From: a virus
IMG/VR virus record: IMGVR_UViG_3300005911_000002
Span: 1 to 64,000 of that record
Length of the DNA stretch: 64,000 bases
Strand: one strand, 5' to 3'
This document shows, piece by piece, positions 40,525 to 49,227 of this stretch (position 1 is the first letter of the stretch; every line of letters begins with the position of its first letter). The translations under genes were made by a program, and so were the position numbers. The notes under the pieces are model-generated. The model did no database searches. It was given only the letters and a program-made list of their open reading frames with translations, and was not told the DNA's origin.

Positions 40525-41004
40525 ATGCGAGTAGTAATAGAACCTAAAACACAACTACCATATCAGAATAAAGAGTTATCAGATGATAGATATAAGCAGC
40601 TACTGCTGTTTAAGTGTATCGAAGAGATAAAAAAAGTAATGGCTTCGGGGATATTTAAACACCCTACGGGAGCACTTATGAACTCTATAAACGGGTATGT
40701 TGTTGGCGAATATATCATTATCTATTCAGATAAACAATACGCGACAGCGCAGGAGTTCGGGGTTAAGCCCCATGCTATGTGGTATCTACTTGGGAAGACC
40801 GTCCCGATTAAAATATTCAACACATTTGGCGGTCCTCCTAAAACGATCTATAGGAAGGTTACCTTCGAAGCGTTGTCCAGGGGTAAGTGGCATCATCCGG
40901 GTTCTCCGGGGAAATACTTTATGAAAACAGGTATTGACAAAGCAATGTCCCAGGCAACGGAGTTAAGGATGAAGATGATAAGTGGGGGGAATGTATTCAT
41001 ATGA
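40525..41004 (+). CDS. neck/virion morphogenesis protein (HK97 gp10-like)
   Basis: TGALMNSI...YA..QEFG...W.HPG...FM pattern. Confidence 0.6.
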   Translation: MRVVIEPKTQLPYQNKELSDDRYKQLLLFKCIEEIKKVMASGIFKHPTGALMNSINGYVVGEYIIIYSDKQYATAQEFGVKPHAMWYLLGKTVPIKIFNTFGGPPKTIYRKVTFEALSRGKWHHPGSPGKYFMKTGIDKAMSQATELRMKMISGGNVFI

Positions 41005-41714
41005 TTAAAATAGCAGGATATCAGGGAGTTTCTACTGTAGACTACCCTGGAAAACTTTCGTTTGTGATGTATACTTATGGGTGCCCCATGAGGTGCCCTT
41101 ACTGTTTCAATAGTGCTCTCGTAGATCCATGTATGGAAAAAGATATGACATTCCTAACAAAAGATGATATCTACTCTGTGCTGGATTCTAGAAAAGATTT
41201 TGTAGAGGCTATCGTTATATCTGGTGGAGAGCCTACCCTACATTCAGGGTTAATACCGTTTATTAGGGAGCTCAGGGATAGGTATCCGTTAGCTATCAAA
41301 GTAGATACTTCCGGGATAAACCCAGGAGTCCTGCTAAAACTTATGGATGGGGTGGACTATATCGCCATGGATGTGAAAACATCTTTTGATAAGTATAGTA
41401 TGTTCTCCCCGGATGTAACTGCTTGGAGGAGAATACTCGAGAGTATGGTATTTTTAAATAATAACGGTAGGTGTGACTATGAGTTTAGAACTACCGTGTG
41501 GAAGGGCGGATTCAATCTAGAGGATGCAGTTTTAGTAGCTAGATTTATGTCAGGCGGTGCTACATATTATCTACAGAACTTGGTGGATAACGCTAGCCCG
41601 ATGCTTCTCCCAGACAAAGTCGGGGATGAGAGATATACGAAGAAAGAAGTGCTTGCGATAGCAAAAGAACTCGGGGATTCCGGAGTAACTGTAAAACTTA
41701 GGGGGTTTGATTAA
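41001..41714 (+). CDS. nrdG: anaerobic ribonucleotide reductase activase (radical SAM)
   Basis: S.VDYPG, GCPMRCPYCFN (CxxxCxxC), SGGEPT, YEFRTT. Confidence 0.9.
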   Translation: MIKIAGYQGVSTVDYPGKLSFVMYTYGCPMRCPYCFNSALVDPCMEKDMTFLTKDDIYSVLDSRKDFVEAIVISGGEPTLHSGLIPFIRELRDRYPLAIKVDTSGINPGVLLKLMDGVDYIAMDVKTSFDKYSMFSPDVTAWRRILESMVFLNNNGRCDYEFRTTVWKGGFNLEDAVLVARFMSGGATYYLQNLVDNASPMLLPDKVGDERYTKKEVLAIAKELGDSGVTVKLRGFD

Positions 41715-42361
41715 TGCGACAAGAGAGTATAGAGTATGTAAAACAAACACACCGGAATATGGTATCTTTTCCGAAAATGGTGGGGATATCGTGCTTGCAG
41801 TGGATGTTCCAAAATAACCCTGAATATCCCTGGAGCCCAAGCCCAACCGAATCAAAAATACTTATACAGGAAGATGGGATATTCCCAGAGGAAGTCGGTA
41901 CCAGGCCTATCGTAGTTATGTCTAGAGCCCCTATATCGTTCTTGAGTACATCCATGGACCAACGGAAATCAGGAACTTTCCAGTTTATGGGGGGTGCGAG
42001 GAATTACAAGGAGTCATTTCTAGACTTAGTCCAGTGTTCTTTGACGTTCAACTGTATTGGAAAAACTAGAATTGTAGCTGAATATATAGCCATGGCCGTA
42101 GTAGCTGTATTTCATTTCTTTCATACTGACGTTCAGGCGGTATTTAACATACATGACCTGGAGCTACGATCTATCGGCAGCGACCAAGCTTTAATGGGGG
42201 CTGATGGCAGGCAATTCCTAGCTCATTTTATCCCTGTGAACGTTCATATGATATGGCCTTATGAGTGGACTAAATATCAATTGGACCCGGAGGTATTAAG
42301 GCAATTGTTCATAGAGCAGGTAGATGAGAATGGTCTGACTTTTCAAACAACAGACCCATAG
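41714..42361 (+). CDS. tail completion/terminator protein
   Basis: Position in the neck module; RPIVVMSR and a beta-rich C-terminus. Confidence 0.5.
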   Translation: MRQESIEYVKQTHRNMVSFPKMVGISCLQWMFQNNPEYPWSPSPTESKILIQEDGIFPEEVGTRPIVVMSRAPISFLSTSMDQRKSGTFQFMGGARNYKESFLDLVQCSLTFNCIGKTRIVAEYIAMAVVAVFHFFHTDVQAVFNIHDLELRSIGSDQALMGADGRQFLAHFIPVNVHMIWPYEWTKYQLDPEVLRQLFIEQVDENGLTFQTTDP

Positions 42362-42394
42362 TAAAAAAAGGGGCGTGAGCCCCTGTACTGCATA

Positions 42395-42637
42395 CTACTC
42401 TACCGGAGCTTCTCCGACTTTCGAAGGGGTCTCCTTATGATTCGCGGCTGCCCAGCAATTAGTCAAAGTATGCAGGGCGTCCAACATAATATGATCACTC
42501 CGAACATTAATTCTAGACGATATTAGCTGACTCTTATTATCAGCATCCTCTTCAATAATGCACAGCACAAACTGAGTTCCATGTGTTCGACAAAGCTCGT
42601 CTACTACCGATATAGCCTTGCTTAATGATTCGTTCAT
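42395..42637 (-). CDS. hypothetical protein
   Basis: GGAGG RBS; GGCATAAA 35 nt upstream; terminator at 42363-42384. Confidence 0.55.
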   Translation of the reverse strand: MNESLSKAISVVDELCRTHGTQFVLCIIEEDADNKSQLISSRINVRSDHIMLDALHTLTNCWAAANHKETPSKVGEAPVE

Positions 42638-42731
42638 AATAACCTCCAAGTTAAGTAATATTGCTTTATGCCACGTTTATAGTATATTAGAAAAACAGGT
42701 ATAAATAAGTAACAATCAAAAGGAGGGGTAT

Positions 42732-43679
42732 ATGACCAAAAAGATATCACCGTTGGTAGCCCTCCCTAGTGGGTGGGTACTTCCGAACACACACCAGAAA
42801 TATGCTAGTGATAGGAGGAATATCATGGACACACTATATTTCGCAAAACTAGTCGGTACAATAGATAAGTTGACAGACTCTGAGAAGATCACAACCTCCG
42901 CGTGGGGTTTGTTAGATGAACTCGAGGTAGCCGCACGAGGAACATTTTTGGGAAAGATTTGCATCAGCCATGGGAGTTCCGTCGGGTGCTACTTTACAAC
43001 AGCCCCTCCGTGGGTTATGGCTAGTGAAAAAACACCCTATGGGTTATTTATGCAGCATGACGGCAGGGTAGCTCGGAAGTATTTCCTGCAAGGTAAGGTA
43101 GATAGCATCCTTAAAGTATTGGATACCTGGGCTAACCAAGTAAAAAACGGAACCCCTCTGTTAGCTATTGACGTCAAGAGAAAGCATGATTTCGAGGACA
43201 CCCTGGCGGAATACGAAAAGTTCGTAGAACTCACTGACTTAGAGTACGACGTCGGGGTGTTCCTGCTCAAGAGCACACCTGATAAAGAAGCTGCCTCAAA
43301 GAGTCTACTGGAAATTGTCAAGGTAGGCGAGCATGGTCCCAACCTGCTAGTACCACTAGACAAAATGGCGTGGACTCCGGTAGAGGGGAACAGGTACGTG
43401 ATAGAAGCGGGTAAAACTAATATATGGAATCGCACATACAGTGAGAGGCAGCGAGAATTTAAGTGCAGACTCTTGGCATACCACGCGTTAGCAAACGATG
43501 ATCTACCCGACTTCCTTGTACACTTGCTGGGTGTAGCTGATAGGGGTATCCTGGAATCCCATCTCGGCAAAAGACTAAGAGATAAAGTATATAGGCAGCT
43601 AGGAATATGGGCTCTCATGGGCAAGTCGAAAGCTGAGAATAACATCAGAGAACTGGCAGATCAGGATTTCCAAGATTAA
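42732..43679 (+). CDS. hypothetical protein
   Basis: 315-aa ORF; AGGAGG RBS; GGTATAAA upstream; no recognisable motif. Confidence 0.65.
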   Translation: MTKKISPLVALPSGWVLPNTHQKYASDRRNIMDTLYFAKLVGTIDKLTDSEKITTSAWGLLDELEVAARGTFLGKICISHGSSVGCYFTTAPPWVMASEKTPYGLFMQHDGRVARKYFLQGKVDSILKVLDTWANQVKNGTPLLAIDVKRKHDFEDTLAEYEKFVELTDLEYDVGVFLLKSTPDKEAASKSLLEIVKVGEHGPNLLVPLDKMAWTPVEGNRYVIEAGKTNIWNRTYSERQREFKCRLLAYHALANDDLPDFLVHLLGVADRGILESHLGKRLRDKVYRQLGIWALMGKSKAENNIRELADQDFQD

Positions 43680-43710
43680 GTATTATATGGTATAAAGAAA
43701 AGAATAAGAA

Positions 43711-44079
43711 ACAGTTACTACGACGGTAGTAACTGTAGGTACTACGTCTTTCCGTGCTGCGGGGGAGCGTATGTTTAGTGATAGGCAGCTGTCCTACGTG
43801 GGGACAATGGAAGTAGGGTAATTGGTACCCAACCACGAGCGGATCCTTTGTACCATCCGCTAGTAGCTACATAGCTACGCACCTCGAAGCTACGATGCTT
43901 CAAGTACCTAAGCGCATGAACGGCGCAATGTCCAACCGAGGACACTAAACTCGGCAATAATATCTTGGGGAAGATCCAAGACGCTGGTAAGGCTCAGGCG
44001 GACATAAGAGCTAAGGACTTAGATCCGAATTGAATAGGCGCAAGCCGAATTATATAAATTTAGCCTTCGGGCTTTTTTT
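43711..44079 (+). ncRNA. large structured non-coding RNA of unknown class (~370 nt)
   Basis: Intergenic and more GC-rich than its flanks; more than 12 nested stems; GCAA and UUCG tetraloops; upstream GGTATAAA; terminal hairpin with U-run. Confidence 0.7.
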
Positions 44080-44215
44080 ATCCCTAAAGAAAGATTTATA
44101 TGATATAATAAGGTGTTCTGATAGATAAAGCAAAATCATAAAAAATACACAAATATAATAAAAATTGCTTGACGAATAAACTGTATTGATGTAAACTAAT
44201 TGTAGAGGTTGAGAG

Positions 44216-44806
44216 ATGAAAAAATATATTAAACTATCAGAATATGCAAAAAATCATAATCTAAGTTATGTTACTGCCTATAACCACTTTAAAAAAGGTT
44301 TTGTTCCCAACACAAAACAATTGATAACCGGAACAATCTTGGTTGAGGAAGAGCAAGAAAAAACTGTTGGTGTGATTAAAAAAGCGTGTGTATACGCAAG
44401 AGTACCCAGTAATGAAATGAAAGACAACCTGATAAGACAACAAGAAAGACTAGAAAACTTTGCGATTTCTAATGGGTTTGAGGTTATAAAATCAGTTAAA
44501 GAAATAGGTTCTGGGTTAAATGATAAGCGGAAGAAACTTGAGAAAGTGTTAAAGGACGATAGTTGGAATGTTCTTATTGTCGAACACAAAGATAGACTAA
44601 CTAGATTTGGTTTTAATTATATAGAAACACTTCTAAATAACATTGGGAAAGAAGTAATTACGGTAAATAAACAGGATGATAAACAAAATGATTTAATGGA
44701 AGATTTAGTTTCTATAATCTACTCATTTTCTGCCAGAATGTACGGGCTGAGAAGAAGTAAGAGAAAGGCTGAAAAGATTATTAAAGAAATACAAGAGGAA
44801 GATTAG
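44216..44806 (+). CDS. tnpA: IS607 serine recombinase TnpA (catalytic Ser replaced by Pro)
   Basis: N-terminal HTH; YARVPS (canonical YARVSS); EIGSGLN; EHKDRLTRFG; FSARMYG. Confidence 0.9.
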   Translation: MKKYIKLSEYAKNHNLSYVTAYNHFKKGFVPNTKQLITGTILVEEEQEKTVGVIKKACVYARVPSNEMKDNLIRQQERLENFAISNGFEVIKSVKEIGSGLNDKRKKLEKVLKDDSWNVLIVEHKDRLTRFGFNYIETLLNNIGKEVITVNKQDDKQNDLMEDLVSIIYSFSARMYGLRRSKRKAEKIIKEIQEED

Positions 44807-46017
44807 TGAATTTAGTTGAACAACATATTATAAAAAAGAAACATAGGTTATATGACGAGCTGGATAGCCTGTCATTCCTCTCCAAAAATTTGTATAATGC
44901 TGCCAACTATATTATCAGACAGGGATTTATTAATAATAAGCAGTATTTAAATTACACTAAAGTCTTTCATCTAATAAAAAAGACGGTCGATTATAAACAG
45001 CTACCGGCCAAGGTGAGTAATCAAACATTAAGGTCTCTGGATGGTAACTGGGTTAGTTTTTTCAGGGCAATAAAAGATTGGGGAAAGCATCCAGAAAAGT
45101 ATAACAGCAAACCCGGACTCCCTAAGTATAAGAAAAAGTCGTCTGGCAGGAACATCATTATCTACGAAAAACAGGCGGTGGGAAAACGCCATCTTCTTAA
45201 ATATAATGAGATTAAATTGTCTAAGTCTAATATTAGTATAAGAACAAAAATCAGCTATACTGAGTTAAGGCAGGTTAGGGTTATTCCAAGGTATGACCAC
45301 TATATAGTGGAAGTAGTACATGTCAAAAAGGAGGTAGATAATGACCTGAATGAAAATAATTTTCTTGGAGTTGATATGGGCATGAATAATTTGTGTGCTG
45401 CAAGCACTTTGGATGGGGACTTTTTCCTGATAAATGGAAGACCCCTAAAGGCTATAAACCATTATTACAATAAAAAACTAAGTAGACTAAAATCTGAGCT
45501 GGAGAAATCTAACAGTAAAAGAAAATCGTTAAGAACCCGAAAATTAACTAATAAAAGAAACAGGAAGATAAAACATTACTTACACAAAGTTAGTAAGTTT
45601 ATTATCAACTTCTGCTTAACTAACAATATTGGTAAAATAATCGTGGGGAAAAATGATAATTGGAAGTCTGAAATATCCTTGGGCAAGAAAACTAACCAGA
45701 ACTTTGTTCAAATACCACATTCACTTCTTGTAAATCAGATTAAATATAAGGCGAAGTTACAGGGGGTGTCCGTAATTCTTCAGGAAGAGAGCTACACCTC
45801 CAAGTGTAGTTTTATAGACAACGAACAGGTTGGGAGACATGAACGGTATGCTGGAAAGAGAATAAAAAGAGGATTATTTAAGTCTAAAGAAGGAATTCTG
45901 ATAAATTCAGATATTAACGGTAGCCTGAACATTATTAAAAAAGTAGTCTCAAACTTCACTATTCGTGAAAATGAGATAAAGGGCTTTGCAGTAAGCCCAA
46001 GATTGGTAGCTTTATGA
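44806..46017 (+). CDS. tnpB: TnpB RNA-guided endonuclease
   Basis: LYNAANY; RuvC-I GVDMG; IIVGKN..WK; EESYTSK; RuvC-III NSDING..NI. Confidence 0.9.
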   Translation: MNLVEQHIIKKKHRLYDELDSLSFLSKNLYNAANYIIRQGFINNKQYLNYTKVFHLIKKTVDYKQLPAKVSNQTLRSLDGNWVSFFRAIKDWGKHPEKYNSKPGLPKYKKKSSGRNIIIYEKQAVGKRHLLKYNEIKLSKSNISIRTKISYTELRQVRVIPRYDHYIVEVVHVKKEVDNDLNENNFLGVDMGMNNLCAASTLDGDFFLINGRPLKAINHYYNKKLSRLKSELEKSNSKRKSLRTRKLTNKRNRKIKHYLHKVSKFIINFCLTNNIGKIIVGKNDNWKSEISLGKKTNQNFVQIPHSLLVNQIKYKAKLQGVSVILQEESYTSKCSFIDNEQVGRHERYAGKRIKRGLFKSKEGILINSDINGSLNIIKKVVSNFTIRENEIKGFAVSPRLVAL

Positions 46018-46070
46018 GTTATGATTCTAAAGGAAAAAGATTTTTTAATATTTTTCCATACTGTAATCTG

Positions 46071-46280
46071 ATGAAGATAAAGAATAATAGAGGTGGTGGA
46101 CCAGGTATACCTATATGGTTACTAGGTGTTTTTCTACTATGCGCATATGGTATTCCCGCGGCTAACGTAGTACTGCTAATGGTGGCTGTTTATAAAAAGA
46201 GTAAGAAGCTCGCTATAATATCAGGAGTCCTGTGGATACTAATGATAAGCTTTTACGTATGGCTAACATGCCTACGGTAA
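46071..46280 (+). CDS. small membrane protein
   Basis: Two or three hydrophobic helices; ATG lies exactly at the inferred IS right junction. Confidence 0.55.
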   Translation: MKIKNNRGGGPGIPIWLLGVFLLCAYGIPAANVVLLMVAVYKKSKKLAIISGVLWILMISFYVWLTCLR

Positions 46281-46372
46281 ATTTGGTGATCGTATTACTG
46301 GCCACCGGGGGCTCTGAGTGGTAAAAACCATACTCAGCTAGTGGTGGGCATTTTCGCGTTATCTTTTTTTAA

Positions 46373-46401
46373 GTGACAAACCTATAATATCATGCTATAC
46401 T
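46373..46401 (+). promoter_or_regulatory. sigmaA-type promoter of the sheath/tube operon
   Basis: GTGACA-17-TATACT with extended TG. Confidence 0.65.
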
Positions 46402-46437
46402 ATAATAGAAAACGTATATAAAAAGGAGGATACGAGC

Positions 46438-48276
46438 ATGACAACTACAGGAAGATCAACTGGTGTAAATGTATACCAGATTATAGAAACTGTTGCTCAA
46501 TCGTTGGGGCTTCCAGAATTAGTCCCAGTCATAATCGGTCCGTGCTACCAAATACGCGACTATACCGACGGAACTGCCGGTGCCTACGCTGCTGCGGAAA
46601 CTACATACAGTTACCCAGACCTTATTAGCGGAGCTATCCCAGATCCAGAAAGCGTTGTAGTGTATGGAAGATATCGAGACAAACCACTGGAAGTTATTGC
46701 CGCGGCAAGTTTTAGTGCTGACGCATCAGGAATCACTGTTGTAGCTAGCCTAGTCGACGCATTAAGCCGACCTTTTACAGCAATGTACATTGGATATAAG
46801 GCTTTTAGAACTGACTTATCTGATGAGGTTGTAGAGGTTCAGCACGTTGACGAAATCGAAAGTTTACTGGGAGTTATTTCTTTAGATAACCCTCTTGCAT
46901 ACGCAGCTAGTAAGTGCGCTCTTGGAACATCATATTCATTTTACGCAATAGGGATTGATGCAGATAGTGAAGTTGGCTACCAAAAAGCAGCGAACAACCT
47001 GGAAACTGAAGAATGTTACTTTATGGTACCATTGTCATCAGATGCGGCGGTCATTCAGATATTTAATGATCACGTGAATCAAATGTCAGACCCGCTGGAA
47101 AGAAAAGAGCGTATAGTTCTATCAACAGTAGACCTGATACTTAATGAAACTTATATTGAGGAAGGTGTTGCAGGGTCTATAGCAGACACGACTTCAACGT
47201 TCATCGATGCAGCGCAAGATTTCTTCTTGTCTGACGTAAGTGCGGGAATGACTGTTACAATAGACCCAAATCTCAGAGGTACTGGGACAGCGGGATCAGT
47301 TACAATTAGCACCGATGTGTTTACTGACTTGGACGCAGATTTTACTACAGATGGAGTATCCATTGGTGATTTTGTACAGATTCCTCTCGGACTGAATGCT
47401 GGATATCGCCAGGTTCTGGCCGTTACTTCTGCTACAGTGCTACAGCTAGACACAGTATTTTCAGCAACAGAAGCTAGTATCGGATATTCTATATCTGAAC
47501 TTGGCCCAAATGGCGGTGCTAAAACAATTGCAAGCGTTACTAGCGCTACCACACTTGTAATGAGCGCGGCGTTCACAACCACTGCTACTGCAATCAGCTA
47601 TACTATTATAGATGATTACTCTGACAGTAAGTATGAACAGGCTACTGCTTTGAAAAGTTATGCGGCAGCTATAGCAGACAAACGTGTTATGGTAATATTC
47701 CCAGATGTAGTCGTTGTATCAGTTAGCGGATCGGATGTTGATGTTCCGTCATACTATTTTGCAGCATACCTTGCGGGAAAGGCTTCTTTTGAGAAGGCTG
47801 ATAAGCCGTTTGCGAACCTTGCAATGGGTGGTGGTTTTGTAGGACTTAAGCACTCGAACAAATATTTTAATGAATCTCAGTTGAGAACTATCGCCGAAGG
47901 CGGTATTTATCTAGTTCAACAGGACTCCGTACAGGCTCCAGTTTATGCCAGACGGCAGTACATGACCGACACAAGTGACCTTAAAACTCAGGAATTTTCT
48001 ATTGTGAAAGCTGTGGATTGGGGAGCTAAGTATTACAGAGCTAACCTCAAACATCTTGTTGGTATCTATAATATATCGGACAGGTTTTTACAGAGGCTGG
48101 GTATCATCGTTGAGGGCATTAACGACTTCGTATCTGATGATGTGCATGGCGTATTCAGGTATGCATCGGTCAGAGAACTCGTACAAGACCCTATAGAACT
48201 CGACCACGTCGCACTCAGACTCAACATTGGTATTAAATACCCAATGAGTGAGATTGATGTGTACATGTACTTGTAA
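46438..48276 (+). CDS. contractile tail sheath protein
   Basis: GVNVYQ N-terminus; NPLAYA; C-terminal sheath domain EFSIVKAVD...YPMSEIDV. Confidence 0.85.
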   Translation: MTTTGRSTGVNVYQIIETVAQSLGLPELVPVIIGPCYQIRDYTDGTAGAYAAAETTYSYPDLISGAIPDPESVVVYGRYRDKPLEVIAAASFSADASGITVVASLVDALSRPFTAMYIGYKAFRTDLSDEVVEVQHVDEIESLLGVISLDNPLAYAASKCALGTSYSFYAIGIDADSEVGYQKAANNLETEECYFMVPLSSDAAVIQIFNDHVNQMSDPLERKERIVLSTVDLILNETYIEEGVAGSIADTTSTFIDAAQDFFLSDVSAGMTVTIDPNLRGTGTAGSVTISTDVFTDLDADFTTDGVSIGDFVQIPLGLNAGYRQVLAVTSATVLQLDTVFSATEASIGYSISELGPNGGAKTIASVTSATTLVMSAAFTTTATAISYTIIDDYSDSKYEQATALKSYAAAIADKRVMVIFPDVVVVSVSGSDVDVPSYYFAAYLAGKASFEKADKPFANLAMGGGFVGLKHSNKYFNESQLRTIAEGGIYLVQQDSVQAPVYARRQYMTDTSDLKTQEFSIVKAVDWGAKYYRANLKHLVGIYNISDRFLQRLGIIVEGINDFVSDDVHGVFRYASVRELVQDPIELDHVALRLNIGIKYPMSEIDVYMYL

Positions 48277-48287
48277 GGAGGTATATT

Positions 48288-49064
48288 ATGACTAACCCTA
48301 GATTAACCACACTCGGTGACGGGTGGGATTATCAAAATGATCATGTGCAGAATGAGATACAAGCGGGTTCGTTTGTGTCTGGGAAAAGCACATTATTGAT
48401 GGCTGGTCCTGCTAAATTAGGAGAGCTTTCTGGTAGTGCACTGGGATCTGACGTGAAACTTGCAGGCACTGCACTTGACAAGCTGTATCCAATTGGACTA
48501 GCACAGCAGTTTGGATTTAACCAAGCTCTGCCTTCTCAGGAGGTTCACGAAATCGGTTCGGAACGTTCATACTTTATGAAAGCTAGAACATCATACTCCG
48601 CTACAATCGGAACAGTTTTCTACAACGGGCCAAATATACTGCGGTCGTTGTACGCCTATTCACCGTTTGCTCTTAGAAACGGGGGCGGTAACCCAAATGA
48701 TTTTCAACCAATACTGAAGGACTTCGCCGTCGGTTACCAAAACTTCCCAACGCTGGCTAATAAAGATTTTGGAGAACTTCCAGGATACGGAAACATATGG
48801 CTGAATGGTAAATCAGATCTATTCTCTTATCCATTTGGACTAGCTGTTTTGTTTGCAGATACATCTGGCAAACTCGTTACTGCTATTTATATTGAGGATG
48901 CATACATCCAAGGACATAATATGTCTATTGGCGCAACATCTACCATTATAATGGAATCGTGCACTATACGGTTCGACAGAATTAAACCAATCAAGATGGA
49001 AATCAAGTTTGGGACAGATACTGCCGGTAGCTCAACGGGATCAATAGGATATACAACTAAGTAG
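48288..49064 (+). CDS. tail tube protein
   Basis: Follows the sheath gene; PIGLAQQF...EIGS.RSYF...YIEDAYI...I.E....FDRI.P. Confidence 0.75.
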   Translation: MTNPRLTTLGDGWDYQNDHVQNEIQAGSFVSGKSTLLMAGPAKLGELSGSALGSDVKLAGTALDKLYPIGLAQQFGFNQALPSQEVHEIGSERSYFMKARTSYSATIGTVFYNGPNILRSLYAYSPFALRNGGGNPNDFQPILKDFAVGYQNFPTLANKDFGELPGYGNIWLNGKSDLFSYPFGLAVLFADTSGKLVTAIYIEDAYIQGHNMSIGATSTIIMESCTIRFDRIKPIKMEIKFGTDTAGSSTGSIGYTTK

Positions 49065-49100
49065 CAACAGAAGTAAGTTAAAAAATACGTTAAATATACA

Positions 49101-49129
49101 AAGTGCTCCTCCGGGAGTACTTTTTTTTT
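49101..49129 (+). terminator. intrinsic terminator
   Basis: AAGTGCTCC/GGAGTACTT stem with a long T-run. Confidence 0.8.
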
Positions 49130-49227
49130 GCCTTGTTTTTCCTGCTCCTATGTGATAGTATATTTAGACAATATTGCTGAGATGCGTCAAATGCGGAAAG
49201 CAATTATAAATACTTGGAGGTATTACA

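Larger units (their letters stand above)
44121..46070 (+). mobile_element. IS607-family element (tnpA + tnpB)
   Basis: Serine recombinase plus TnpB pair; AT-rich relative to flanks; TCTGAT at both junctions (44117-44122, 46067-46072); ends approximate. Confidence 0.85.

Noticed and set aside
43645-43957. Short minus-strand ORFs over the structured RNA
   Set aside because: No RBS or protein-like features; better explained as chance frames.
43711-44079. tmRNA, RNase P RNA, tRNA or group II intron
   Set aside because: No tRNA-like ends or T-loop, no tag frame, no GAGGAAAGUCC, and no convincing domain V.
43711-46070. IStron (group I intron fused to IS607)
   Set aside because: No group I P7/R/S core motifs are visible, a terminator separates the RNA from tnpA, and no interrupted host ORF flanks the unit.
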